The notes: a model not told the origin generated them from the letters alone. DNA of 64,000 nt from Azolla caroliniana (GCA_043228905.1 JBHGNT010000015.1:7192001-7256000), one strand, 5' to 3'; positions 1-13,920 are shown, numbered from the stretch's first letter. Made by a program: numbers and translations.

Positions 1-54
1 AGATTCTCTAAAGATTCCCAAAAGATTCCATTTTATTTTGTTCATTTTTTGCAC

Positions 55-154
55 CGAGAACTCGATGCAGTGCATTGAGTACTCGTTGAATGAGTGTTGC
101 TTTCAATGGGAATATCGAGTTCCCGTTAAATGAGTGTTGCTTTCAATGGGAACT
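55..154. repeat. Degenerate palindromes with a GAACTCGAT core; remnant array of an old ParB-MTase transposon copy
   Basis: cgagaactcgatgca-g-tgcattgagtactcg has 15-bp arms (2 mismatches) around a 1-nt centre. Repeated ctttcaatgggaa arms pair with ttcccattgaaag at about 6176-6188. Confidence 0.6.
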
Positions 155-159
155 TAATG

Positions 160-624
160 TGTTATATGTTTTAGGGTTAGGGTTAATGATAATTATGATA
201 GCATGATGATTGATGATGAAGATAGACATGGTGCAATAGTGGAGATGATGAATGGGTTGATGGTGAGAGAGAACATGAAGATGTTGACAAGCATTGAGGG
301 GTGGGGGGGTGGTGCCTAGAATAGCGCCACCCCCCTCCCAAGGGATTTCAACGTAAGGGGAGAGAGAGAGAATTATTCCTTCATTCTTCATTCATTCCCC
401 ATAAGGGGTTAAATAGTTACAAAAGGGTAGATACACAGGGGTGCAAGACCCCTCGGGCATTCACACCAATCACTCACTCACACCTCTTCGTATCCATCCA
501 CATGCACACACGTGTGCATGTGTACACATACGTAATTACTCACACTCACAATTACATTTACACATACACATAAACAACATTATAACATTCCACCCTCGCT
601 CTCCATACATCTCGTATGGTAACA
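160..624. mobile_element. Probable solo LTR or small insertion
   Basis: Ends TGTTA...TAACA and interrupts the palindrome remnant. No matching direct TSD found. Confidence 0.35.
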
Positions 625-644
625 CATTATAGATGCACTGCATC

Positions 645-3600
645 TGTTAGGTATTAGTACCAATACAGACAGGAAATTATTACTAGAGATGAGGATTAGT
701 ACTAAGACGGAAAAATGTGTAGAAATCTCAGGAGAAGGAGAGAGATGGAGAGAGAGAGAGAGAGAGTGAGAATGATGGTAACAAATAATATGTTACATAC
801 AAGAATAGCTAGGAGGCTTAAGATTGGCGTTGAACCGAATTGGTTCGAAATAATGCCTTGTGCCTCTTTTTATAGTGTTGTCAGGAGTACTCCTGAAGTT
901 TGTAGAATGTTCCAGAGAAATTTGGAATATACATCAATTTTCTATAGTGAAATAATAAATGAAAACAACTTTTTGTATTACAATGTATAGCTTAATGGTA
1001 GGGTTACAACCCATGTGACACAAGGTTGTGGGTTCAAATCTTTTTAAAGCCATACTATGCTATATCATGATACTAGCCCCCCTTAAGACGATGAGTAATA
1101 CGAGTCGTCTTAGACTGAGGACTTGGTTTGTCGGGTATTCTCGATGGAAGTCCTCAATAAGAGCTCGAGCGTTTGTAGCAACTTCGTACTCCGGTCCTAC
1201 TTCAAGCTTGATCGGGGGTGGAGGTGGTGTAATACAATTCGGAAAAGTGTTGTCTTGATAAGGTTCGAGAATAGAACTATGAAAACACGGATATATCCGT
1301 AGTTGTGGAGGTAGCTCGAGACGGAAAGTGACATCATTAATTTTTCCAATAATACGGAAAGGACCTAATCGTTGATAATCCAATTTATCGCATGGTCGAG
1401 TAGTCTTGATGTGTCATTGTAATAGTCATACCTGATTTCCAATGTCAAAACAAGATGGAAGCCGATGACGATCCGCATAAGCCTTCTATCTTTGTTGAGC
1501 TTGATGTAAATGGGTAGATAGGTCAGCTTGTATATTGCGTAACCACTCCAAATGATCTTCTCCATGAGAATTTGTGGGTAACTTTGTAGTTTCTAACACA
1601 CACCATCGACGATGATAGCCTGTATAAGCATAAAATGGTGTAACCCTAGTCGATGAGTGGATAGAGTTATTATAAGCAAATTTGGCAAAGTGGAGAATAT
1701 CCGCCCAATCATCTTGTTGATAGCTTAGAAAACACCGAAGATACTGTTTCGGCGTTTGATTTGTTCGTTCTGCTTGTCCGTTTGTTTGAGGATGATAGTC
1801 GGAGGAGAGGTTATAAGTGACCTTGAGCATTTTGAAGAGATGCTTCTAGAATTTCGAGACGAATCGAGGTCCACGATCGCTGATGATACTATCCGGGAGG
1901 CCATGATGCCGAAATACTTCACACATGACAATTTCAACGGTTTCTTCACTAGCGATTGCCTTAGTAAAAGGTAGGAAATGTGCCATCTTAGTATATCGAT
2001 CTACTATTGTTAAGATCGTATCGAATCCCTTTGAAGCTGGAAGATCAGTGATAAAATCCAAAGAAATGGACTGCCACAACTTGCTTGGAATTGGTAATGG
2101 TTCCAATAAACCATATGGATGATGTCTTGGCATCTTTGCTCTGCAACATGTATCACATGTCCGAGCATAGTCTTCAGAAATCGTCGCATATGAGGCAACC
2201 AAAATGATCATTGTACTAAATCCAATGTTTTAGTGCTACCAAAATGTCCAACTGTATATGTGTCATTATAATTTTGGACTACCCAAAGGTGACAAGAACC
2301 ATTGGGATCATACAAGAGTTTCTTAAAGAACAGTAATCCATCATGACATTCGAATTTTCGATAGTCCGTACTTGGTTGTTGTGACTGAGAATAGGTTGAC
2401 CGTGAGGGATTATTTTGTGCTAGAATGGCTTGAGCGAAAGTGTTTGTCTTCAAGTCTTCACGTATGGTATCGATAGTGCGGGAATCCAATGGAGTGTCAA
2501 AACTCACGTTGCTTGCAGTCGTTGTGGTCCCAGGATGACTTGCTTTTGATTATCGAATGTTGGATCACCGGGCTGAGGTGCTAGATACGAGCGCCACGAT
2601 AATGCATCTGCCTTCCCTTGCTACTTTCCAGGACGATATGTAATTTTGAAGTCGAAACGAGTGAGGAATTGGGCCCACCGAGCTTGTTGTCGATTTAATA
2701 CACGAGCATTCTGGAAATAGGAAAGGTTTTTGTGATCACTGAAGACTGACTTGATGAGAAGATCCCTCTAAAAAATGGCTCCATTGTGTGAAAGAGTCCA
2801 CTATTCCCAAAAGCTCCTTGTCATGTATCTTGTAGTTGATTTCGACAACATCAAACTTGCGCAAGTGGAAAGCGCCACAAGATGTAGTTTTTTATCATCG
2901 CCTTGTTGTGACAAAAGGCTAAATCCGAGGCGTCTGCCTCCATGATAAATGGTTTTTTTGGATCAACATAAGCTAGAATAGGAGCCAATGTAAATGCTTT
3001 CTTAAGACTGACAAAATCCATGTCTGCTTCCTTAGACAAAACAAACGACTGCCCCTTTTTGGTAAGCTATGTGAGAGGCAAAATAAGCTTTGAGTAGTCT
3101 TGTATAAACTTGCGGTAGAAATTTGCGAAGCCTAAAAAACATTGCACATCTCGCAATGAACAGGGAGTCTGCCACTCTACCATAGTTTTGACCTTAGTTG
3201 GATCCATAGAGATGGCTTCCGAGGAAATGACATAGCCTAGAAATCCCACTTGGTTGCACTCAAAACTACATTTTTCCAGTTTTGCAAGACCATGTTCTCA
3301 AAGTTGTTTTAGTACTAATAGTACATGAGAATCGTGCTCTACTTGAGTCTTCGAATAAATTAGTAGATCATCAAAATAGATGATCAAACAGATATCCAAG
3401 AGATCTCAGAATATATCATTTGTCATGTGTTGGAAGACTATTGGCGCATTGGTGAGACTGAATGGCATAACCGAATACTCGAAGTGCTCGTATCGGGTGC
3501 GAAAAGCAGTCTTCCATTCATCTCCTGGTCGGATCCATACGAGGTTATATGCGCCTTGTAAGTTGATCTTTGTGAAGAACTTTGCACCATTAATCCATTC

Positions 3601-6167
3601 CAAAAGACTCGAGATAAGGGGAAGTGCATACCTATTCCTGATGGTGACCTTATTCAAGCCACAACAATCCACGACGAGACGAAGTGATCCATCCTTTTTC
3701 TTGACAAAGAAAATGGGTGCGTCGGCTGGAGATTTCAAATGTCGAATGAACCCATTTGTCAAATTCTCCTCTATGTAGGCTCGAAGGACTTCTAGCTCGG
3801 TTGGTGACAAGTTGTAGATCGATCCCCATGGTGGCTCTTTTCCTAGTTGTAAATCAATGGGACAATCATACGGTCGATGGTGAGGAAGAGTATTGGCTTG
3901 TACCTTATCAAACACGTCGGCATAATGACGATACTTCTCGAGAAGTTGAACTATGGATTCCTCTTTAGTGGTGCTGGAAGGTTTCACTTCTACTGCGAAT
4001 ACAAACATTGATTCCTTGCGCCCTTCCTCACGCAATTAATGTAGTGAAATGATTGAAACCTTATGAGTAGATTCTCGAGGTTGTTGATACCAGATTTCTC
4101 TTGTTCTCCAATCTATGTACGGATTGTGTAACTCGAACCATGGTAACCCCAAAAAAATGGGATGTTCTGGACTACTAATTATATTGAATGATACTACACA
4201 TGCCAAATTATCTAGGATAACACTAATTGGCTTTGACTCTTCTACGATATCTCCAGAAGAAATGGGGTGACCATCAATGACTAGTACAGAGGCTGGGCAA
4301 GGGAGTTTTCTTAAGGATATCTAATGAGCTTGGGCAAAATTCTTATCCATGAAGCAAGAATTAACTCTGGAATCTAGGAGTGCTAAGACATGTACTGGAG
4401 GAGTACTTTTAGTACTAATTTTTACTTGAACTAGGAAGACATTGCTAACTTGCTTAGAGGGAATGGAACCACTAATGGGCTGCACAGATCTAGGGTTGTC
4501 CAACCAAACGACTCCTATTTTGGCTGGACTTAGTCGTTTAATCCTTCTTCGAGCTCACTAAGGATTTCAAATTTGTTTGATAGGCTTGGGCTATTAGAAC
4601 TATCATACAGTCCTAATGAAATAGAATCGGGCTTAATACTATTAGTAATAGTGGATATTTGATTTACCTGTCTTCTTGGCCTAGGGGGATAGTTTATTGC
4701 AATATGTCCTAGTCCACCGCAATAAAGACATAGTTGATTTGCTCGGCGTCGCTGCTTTTCCTCTTCCGATAACTGTCCGCGACGACATGTAGTGTTGATT
4801 TCCATCGGGGTTGGAGCATTTGTTGGAGACGCATACGATTGAGGCATATGTGGGCTCCGACCTTGTTCTTGAAATTTGTAATTGATGTTCTGAACGTCGT
4901 TCGAAAAGTCTGTTATTGCAATGCACCGCTCGACTGATTGCCTCTATGAGCGACTTTGGTTCTTCGGGAAAAGTCAGGAGTAAATCTTTGACATCATTTC
5001 GAAGGCCATATCGAAACTGCTCCATCAATGCTAGATCATCCCAAGGAATATCGGTGGTGAGTAGATGGAAATCCACAACATAGGCTGAGGCTGGACGATC
5101 ACCTTGACGCAATCTTTGGATTTTCTTGATTGTCGTCCTAACACTATCGGTGTCCCCGGAACAAGCTTTAAACTCGCTAATAAATTCTTCAAAATTATTT
5201 AACAATGGAGATCTTTGTTCTAATAAAGGTGCAAACCAAGCCAAAGTTGGGCCACTAAGCAACGTGCCTCCTAATCCCACTCGTGATGCATTGGTGGGAT
5301 ATCGGGAAGGATGCATTTGAACCACGAGACGTACCTGATTAAGGAATCCTCTGAATTGTGACCGCGTTCCGTCGAATTTTGTAGGAAGACCGATCTTGGG
5401 ATCTTCCTTGAGTATTTGGTCCTTGTTGTTGCAAGGACACGATGGTTGCCTCAAGCTGTTGTACACGTAATGTCAACTCTCCGTGTTGGTGTGCGTTTGC
5501 TGCTTCTCTAAAGAGATTTGTTGAAGACCACCCAACAACCCTTGATTTTCTTATCCTAGTGCTACGAACTTTTCTTTCAAGCACTGTAGCTCCAAGAGGA
5601 CAGATTGGTATTCTTGCGCGCTAACAATTTCCATAGTATTGGAGGAGGGATAAGAAGATTTGTATGAAGTGAATGAGGGATATGAAGATGAGAACGAAGG
5701 AATTCAGTTCAAACTATCAGGAATAGTACTAAGATAGAGAGGGAATTAGTATTAGAGATGAGGATTAGTACTAAGAGGGAAAAAGGTGTAGAACTCTCGG
5801 GAGAAGAAGAGAGATGGAGAGAGTGTGTGTGTGTGTGAGTGAGTGAGAATGATGGTAACAAATGATATGTTATATTATATGAAGAGAATATACAAGAATA
5901 CCTAGGAAGCTTAAGACTGACGTTGCACTGAATTGGTTCGAAATAATGCCTTGTGCCTCTTTTTATAGTGCTGTCAGGAGTACTTCTGAAGTTTCTAAAA
6001 TGTTCCAAAGCAATTTGAAATATACATCAACTTTCAATAGTGAAATAATAAATGAAAACAATCTTCTTTGTATTACAATGTATAGCTTAATGGTAGGGCT
6101 TTAACTTATGTGACACAAGGTTGTGGGTTCAAATCCTTTTAAAACCATACCATGCTATATTATGACA
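645..6167 (-). mobile_element. Degenerate Ty3/gypsy chromovirus (Tcn1-like) LTR retrotransposon
   Basis: Diverged LTRs at 645-1072 and about 5715-6167; TSD gcatc (640-644) / acatc (6168-6172); G-rich PPT next to 1072. Fragmented gag (4681-5466), protease (LLDS), RT (3406-4035), RNase H, integrase (YHPQTNGQAERTN, GPF motif) and an internally deleted chromodomain (EYEV...IEDFH). Confidence 0.92.
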
Positions 6168-6399
6168 ACATCGAGTTCCCATTGAAAGAGGGTGGCTTTC
6201 AACGAGAACTCAATGCATAACTTTATAACTATTTTATTAGCTTTCATGAACTTTATATTATATGATGAAGCTTTGATGAACTTTATAAACAAGAAGTACA
6301 AGAAACGGTAGCACCCTGAGGAGGACAAGCCTGAAGTACTCGAGTTCGTTGAAGATGAGGAGGAAGATACACAACTCGAAGTAATTCTTCTAGGTGGCC

Positions 6400-7570
6400 A
6401 GATTGGCTCGGGAATCCTCACCTCAAAGAAAAAATTGGATTCGAGAAAATATTGTAAAGACTAAGGTTGTCCATAAGGGACAACTATTTCATTTACCGAT
6501 TTGTTCTATTCAAAGGCCACCAATTGATCCGGAAATAGGACGACGGGCTCTAGAGATAAGAGAGCCATATTCAGTGCATGTGAAGAATTAGAAAGGCAAA
6601 ATGAAGATAAATCCACATGCTACTATAGTGCCATTCTCAGTAATGCTAGACCCAGATCAGTGCCCAACTATTGCTGACTTCACGTACAGTTCGGCTGATG
6701 ATTACACATACTACGTGATTGGAGGATCCCACTCTACTAAAGCCCGACATCAACTTGTCAAGGAGTATCATCTTACCCCATTCTTCAAATATGCAGAATG
6801 TAAAGTGTATGTCGGGCTTATACATGAAGAAGCCAAGTTGTTAGCTTGGGACCACAATAATGATAATGACTATAGACATAAGATGTCATGTATAGAGTGC
6901 ATCAGGTTCTTTCATCATGAGTACCTTGATGCTTTGCAAAAATTTCCTACTAGGTTGCATCCTGGATTGCGATGACAATGTCTACTTGAAGGGGGGGTAG
7001 CAGTTAACGAAAGCAGAAAGTCTGAAGGCCTGAGGAAGTATGACTCATGGTTTCAACTTGCTTTTAGAAGAGAGGAGGTGTGGGACCTCCAAGATTGAAT
7101 TTTCAGTATGTGGGAGCGAAAAGAGATAAAGGGCCAACAATCAAAGAAGGCTAAGTTGGACCCTCAAGTGGAGATCAAGTCTAAGTCACGTAAAAGTGAC
7201 TTAGTGATAGAAGAATTAGCAGAGGACATGATGCAGTCATTGCAAGGGATAAAAGATGACATATTATTCATATCTGTTTTATCAAGAGTGGCCACCAAGG
7301 AGTTCAGCTTAGATGAAATGGTCACAGAGTTTCAAAAGTGAGTATTCTATGTGATGATTGTTTTTCATTGGATTGCTTTGTTAATTTTCTCTAAATTATT
7401 CTAAACTTAACGTGTAATGTTTTTTAGACATAAGGTTTATATGAAGATACAAGAGCTAACGATGAAAAACTTGTCCCTACCTACGTGGGAAGAAGTGGAG
7501 TAGTCGTGCCCAAAAACATCATCGTACCAGGTTCTTGAAGAATTTTTCATTGTATTTAGAGAATGGGTAA
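6400..7570 (+). pseudogene. Decayed paralog of the transposon ParB-MTase gene (ParB-like part plus exon 2)
   Basis: Translation RPPIDPEIGRRALEIREP...KINPHATIVPF...YVIGGSHS...AKLLAWDHNNDNDY...FSLDEMVTEF aligns with 51092-52762. Same intron positions (AA|GTGAGT...TTTAG|ACATAAG and TGG|GTAAGT). Several in-frame stops. Confidence 0.85.
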
Positions 7571-8496
7571 GTGCGTTTATATCTTCTATGGGTAAGTGGA
7601 GAATCTTCAAAAAAATGAAGTCTTGTTATGCATACAAAATATCAAGTTGATTGGCACATCACTATCCTTTCTTTTTGTTTTTGTAAATTATGATGACTAT
7701 CATTAGGGAAGAAAATCACCACCATAATGAACTTGCAATGAATTTAAGTATCCATACCACCAAGTTCTAACTTACAAGGAGGATTGTTTGGGATACAAAT
7801 ACTTAGAGCTAACTCCCAAACTATAGACCAATTACGATGATGACTTACCGCCTCACATAACTTCTTGAGCATCAAATTGAAGCTGTGTAGTAACACTAAC
7901 GATGAGATAAAACGTAAATTGACGGTTTGTAGTGACACTAGTGATGAGATAAAAAGTGTTGACTTCATGCTCCAAGATATGTTGGAAGCAAACAATGTTG
8001 TGTATTTGAGGTACATCGTGTAAGGTTGGCCAATGGAGACGAGAAGGTCATGTGTTCAACCACGACACTCCACAATCGCATCTACAACGTCATAGAGAGA
8101 TGAGAAAATTCAGTTTCGAACCCAACACGTAATGCTAGTGGTCTACCCAACTTACCACTAAAGGAAACTAAATTACGATAAAAGAGGCTATTTTCAAGCT
8201 CACATGACATGAGGGATGTGTCTATGGATTGGCTTGTGTGCAAATGATATGTCCCGGCTACTAGAGATGGTCGAAAGCATATACATAAACATACATAAAG
8301 GACATGGGGGGCATTACATAATATATATATATATATCTGGTCAGCGGGATGGGATGGGCATGGCCGTAGACGTTCAAGGAGTGCTTTTCCAAGTGTACAT
8401 ATATATATATATATATTGAATGAACGAAGGTTGACACTATCTACATACATGCACCCATCGACCGATAGACCTGCTTTTCTTGCTCGTGGAACGTGG

Positions 8497-11400
8497 TGTT
8501 GTAATAAACTAATTAGTGTAAATAAGTAAATAAGAAAGTAAATACAAAACGTAACCTTATGATATGAAAAGGTGCACCCCAAAAATAGGGTGCACCTATA
8601 ACCATCACATTCTCTCTCTGTGGTCGGTTGGTTGGTTGTAGAGAGAGAGACAAACACACATTATCATAAAAACATTCTTTCTCCCTCTCTTTCTCTCTCT
8701 CCCTTTCTCCCTCTCTTTCTATTTCTCGTTTACCATATGGTATCAGAGCGGTGAAGGAGTCCAACCCCACCAAGATTTGTGTCGCGGTGTTAATAACAAA
8801 CGTGCGAATTAAAGAAACGACTTTCGACCATGTCAAACGGTGGAGTGATAGCAAATGTGGCGGCAAATGCCGCCCAGGTATCGTCTCGCACTTATCATAT
8901 TGAAAAATTGAATGATAAAAATTATCAACCATGGCGTATGACCATGGAAATTATATTAGAACAACATGACTTGTTAAAAATCGTCGATGGAACCGACGTG
9001 TGCCCCGACCCCACAAATGCACTTGGTGTGCAAACATGGAAGCGGCGTGATTTAAACGCTCGCTTAGAACTTCTCCTTCATATGGAGGACACACTTAAGC
9101 AAAGTGTGAGAACCTTGACTACCTCCAAACAAATATGGGATAGATTAGAGGCTAATTACCTCCATACGGACGTTACGTCCCAAGTTGCAAATTTAAAAAC
9201 ATTAATAAATATGAATATGAATGAAAATGATGATGTTGATACATTCGTTAAAAATTGGAGACTTCGACTTGATGATGTAATCTTTTCAGGACTTAGTTTG
9301 CCAAGTTCCGTTCAATCTGCCCTCTTGTTAGCCGCCCTACCCCCATCATGGCAACCATTTATAAGTACAAAATCCACATCCGCCAACATTAGTGTCCCAA
9401 CATTAGTTGCATCAATCTCACAAGAAAACATACTTCGTAGGGCAATAAATCAACCCTCCTCATCTCACACCGCACTTTATATCAAACATCCAAATTACAA
9501 TAAAAAACCTTACAATAAACCTAAATCAACATACCAACCTAATAACTCCAAATTTTATTCACGAACCTCTAAATTTAACGATTCAAGGAATCATAACAAA
9601 TCTAGGTTCCTTAGATCCTTTTGTAAAAATTGTCAAAGGAGCGGACATGAAACGAAAGATTGTTATAGGAATTCTAACAACGGGAAAAGAACATATAAAG
9701 AAGACCAATCTTATAATGCATCTCATGATGACTACGATCCAAATAATCACATATGTGATAATGACCAAAATTCCGATAAAGATAATGAAGATTCTTTCAT
9801 TGCCTTCATGGCCCTCACTTCATTTAACAATTCTCCCACTTCAACGTGGATTCTTGATACAGGTGCCACATGTCATCTCACCTCAAGAGTTGAATGGCTC
9901 AAAGACTATAAGGCCTTAGAACATCCTTTCCCGGTTAGATTTGGGAACAATGGGGTTGAATATGCCCTTGGACATGGGACTGCTCATCTTGAACTTTCTG
10001 ATGGGAACTTCATTGAAATCAATGAAGTTTACTATATACCTAACATAGCCAAAAACTTGATATCAGTCAATAAACTCACGAATGATAATACATCCGTCGA
10101 GTTTTATCACAAATATTGTATCATTCGTCATAAGACACCCTCTGGACGAGGCTATGTCGTCAATTGTCCAAGACAAGGATGTCTTTACCTTCTAGGCCGC
10201 TCTGTGGTACCTGCTGAAGAAGCACACCACATAGATGATTCAAACACATCAAACTATATGACCTTATTATGGCACTATCGATTAGGTCACTTAAACCATC
10301 AAACAATGGTTCACATGGCCCGACAACATATAGCAATTGGCTTTACTCTTCCTCGTAAATCGAAATTATCCCTTTGCGAAGGGTGTATATTTGGAAAACT
10401 TTCTAACTCGCCATTTCCATCCCATCCTACAACGACCACCAAACCCCTCCAACTAGTACATACGGATATATGTGGTCCTTTGTCTACCCCATCCCTATCT
10501 GGAAATGTATATTTCCTAACATTTATCGATGACTTTACTCGGTTCACGATGGTCACGTTTCTCAAGACAAAATGTAGTGATCAAGTCCTTGAGAAATTTA
10601 AAGCCTACCACAAACTTGTAACAAATCAACAAGATTTACCCCTTAAAGTACTACAATCAGACAATGGTGGAGAATTCAAGTCCCAAAACTTCCAAACTTA
10701 TTGCCAAAACCATGGGATTCAACAACGGTTTACCATCCCATATACACCCCAACACAATTCAAGGGCTGAACGGCGAAACCGGTTGTATATGGACGCCACT
10801 CGTAGCATGCTCGCCATTGCAAACCTTCCCCGAACATATTGGGAAGAGGCCGTTTCAACCGCTTGTTATATATTCAATAGAACATATAGTCGATCAATTA
10901 GGACAACTCCATTTTCCTTGTGGTTTGGAAAAAATCCAAATTATGAAAATCTAAGAATCTTTGGATGTCCATCATATGCACTCGTACCCTTAGAAACTCG
11001 ATCAAAATTAGATAATCACGCAGTTCGCACAATATTTGTTGGGTATGGCGAACCTCATGGCTATAAGGGTTATCGATTATATGACCCAAAATCCAAAAGA
11101 TTTATATTTAGTCGACGAGTGATATTTGATGAAGATAAGCTAATATCTAATCCTCACCCACATCATGGCCATGAAAAGATACAAGATGAGACTACCATGT
11201 CTAACATTGAATCTAATAAAGAAATAATATCATCACCTACTAATTCTTGGCGGGCTCCACAAATGTCCTCGGAAATTCAACAAGTCACACTTGACCATAT
11301 GCCAATTAACCCTCCTCCACTAATGCATTCATCTCTAGAGGTTCGCCCAGAAGTCCCAGTTTCAACCAATGACTCCAACTTATTGCCCCTAATAACCAAA

Positions 11401-13724
11401 CAATCACAACAAACTGATGTACATACTCCAATTTTAAACACTAACTCTACGCAAACTAAACAAAGGCTTAATAAACAATTTAGCACTCATAAGGAAAAGC
11501 CTTTAGATAGAACACAATTAACTCACATTGATTATTCAGGTTCCCATCCTATTCAAAATCTCTTGATCCCACTACGAAGATCCTCACGCCTTAATGGTAA
11601 GGGGAAAACCAATGGTCACAATGATGCAAAAGTAATTAAAATAGGATGTAGAAATACCTCATATCCCACTAATAGTCAACATGTAGAAGATAAAAATTGT
11701 TGTGACAATGCGAAATCACCTAGTTCACTTAGCCCTACATCGACTCCAAAGAAAGTTCGTACTATTCAAGATCTTTATGATCACACACAAAAAATTGATG
11801 CCCTTGTTGCGGACCATCGATTTGAACCTGAGTTTGCTTTTTTCGGCTCTTGGTTCCCCGACAACCACATCAGACGTCTCTGATGATCCCTTAACTATCA
11901 ATGAGGCATTGCAAAGTCCAGATCGTGTAGAATGGCAAGCCGCCATGGCAAAAGAACTTGAATCTCTTGAGGCCAATAAAACATGGACTCTAGTACCACT
12001 CCCAATGGGACGCTCACCTATTTCATGCAAATGGGTGTTGAAGAAAAAACTAAACCCTGATGGTACTGTTGCACGTTACAAAGCTCGACTTGTAGCTCGT
12101 GGTTTTTCTCAAGTTGAAGGACTTGACTATTCTGAGACATTTTCACCCGTCCTCCGTATGGCATCTTTTCGGCTCCTAATGGCTCTAGCCACCATTCTTG
12201 ATCTCGAAGTACATCATTTGGATGTACAAACGGCATTTCTACATGGTGATTTACCTGAGGAAATCTACATGTCCCAACCTCCTGGGTTTGAGTCACAATC
12301 TCAACCAAACTATGTGTGTCGATTACATCGATCACTTTATGGACTCAAACAATCTCCTAGGTTATGGTTTCAAAAATTTAACAATTTTATGCTCTCACAT
12401 GGCTATTCTAGATTGTTATCAGAACCAAATATATACATTAGACATAATCATTCATCTAATCGGTTGTTAGTGGTAGCATTATATGTTGATGACATTCCTA
12501 TAGTCGGAACACCATCTGAAATTACTCAAGCAAAGCTAGAGCTTTCCAAAGCATTTTCAATAACAGATTTAGGTCCCCTATCTTATTTCCTAGGCATGCA
12601 AGTTACGCGTAATCGTAGTATGGGCACCTTGATCATTCATCAAAATAAATTCATTAATGAAATTTTGAAATCCTTCGGAATGCTAAACATTAAACCTTGC
12701 ACTACTCCCTTATCATTAACATGTAACTTAAGCATATCTGATAGTCCAACCACAAAAAGAGATATTAATTTTATGCAACAATTTCCTTTTAAACAATTAA
12801 TAGGAAAACTTCGATATTTAGTCACAGGGACTCGTCCTGACCTTTGTTTTGCAATTAACTATCTTTCACGCTTTATGCATAATCCTGGTCTTATGCATTG
12901 GAAATCACTTCAACGAGTTATGCGATATTTAAAACACACATCTAACTATGGATTAACATATAAACGATCCCAATCCGAAAGACCAATCAAATCACTTGTT
13001 GGTTGGTCTGATTCGGATTGGGGGGGGGACATTGATTCTCGTAGATCTACTGCTGGTTTTTCTTTTATAATGGCAGGAGCAGCAGTGACGTGGCAATCGA
13101 AAAAACAAGAATCTGTGACACTCTCATCTGCTGAAGCTGAGTTCGTAGCAGTGGCATTGGCTGCTAAAGAAGGATTATGGTTGCAAACAGTGATAAAAGA
13201 ACTCCAACTATGTGGACCACTCCAATTGAAAATCCTCTGCGACAATATATCATGCATCTACTTAACGAAGAATCCAAAGCACTCAGAGAAAACAAAACAT
13301 GTGGATTTAAAATATCACTTTATACGAGAGTTAGCCGAAGAAAACAAGCTTACATTAGAGTTTACATCAACAAATCATATGTGGGCTGATTTTCTAACAA
13401 AGGCTCTCCCTCCGGACAAATTTGAAACTTGTTGTGAAAATTTAGGATTACAACGGTTCACAACTAATTAGTTTATGGGGGGGTGTTGTAATAAACTAAT
13501 TAGTGTAAATAAGTAAATAAGAAAGTAAATACAAAACGTAACCTTATGATATGAAAAGGTGCACCCCAAAAATAGGGTGCACCTATAACCATCACATTCT
13601 CTCTCTGTGGTCGGTTGGTTGGTTGTAGAGAGAGAGACAAACACACATTATCATAAAAACATTCTTTCTCCCTCTCTTTCTCTCTCTCCCTTTCTCCCTC
13701 TCTTTCTATTTCTCGTTTACCATA
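8497..13724 (+). mobile_element. Young full-length Ty1/copia LTR retrotransposon
   Basis: 241-bp LTRs at 8497-8737 and 13484-13724 look identical. PBS tggtatcagagc (tRNA-iMet) at 8738-8749, PPT before 13484, TSD cgtgg at 8492-8496 and 13725-13729. Confidence 0.97.
8830..13471 (+). CDS. Copia gag-pol polyprotein with one frameshift near 11840
   Basis: CCHC knuckle (CKNCQRSGHETKDC), protease WILDTGAT, integrase (HTDICGP, SDNGGEF), RT (YVDD), RNase H (SDSDWGG). ORFs 8830-11883 and 11702-13471 join at a T homopolymer. Confidence 0.93.
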
Positions 13725-13920
13725 CGTGGAGATTCAGAGGCGGTGGAAAAAAAGCAAATTCCGAGCGACCTGTTTTTTTTTGCTCGAGGAACGTCGAGAA
13801 TCAGAGGCGGCGGGGGAGAACAAGCAAATTCCGGCGGTGCCGACCCGACCACTACAAAACCGCGGCCGCAGCAACAGCAACACAATTCCATTCCATTTTG
13901 CGCGACTGTTGCAATTAACG

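Noticed and set aside
170-185. Interstitial telomere (ttagggttagggtt)
   Set aside because: Only about two units; such telo-box-like motifs are common in plant LTRs and promoters.
981-1050. Functional tRNA genes at the A/B-box sites
   Set aside because: No convincing acceptor or anticodon stems, and the sites are parts of LTRs.
11830-11850. Programmed ribosomal frameshift in the copia
   Set aside because: Plant copia elements normally have one gag-pol ORF. The shift lies between integrase and RT in a T homopolymer, so an indel or sequencing error is more likely.
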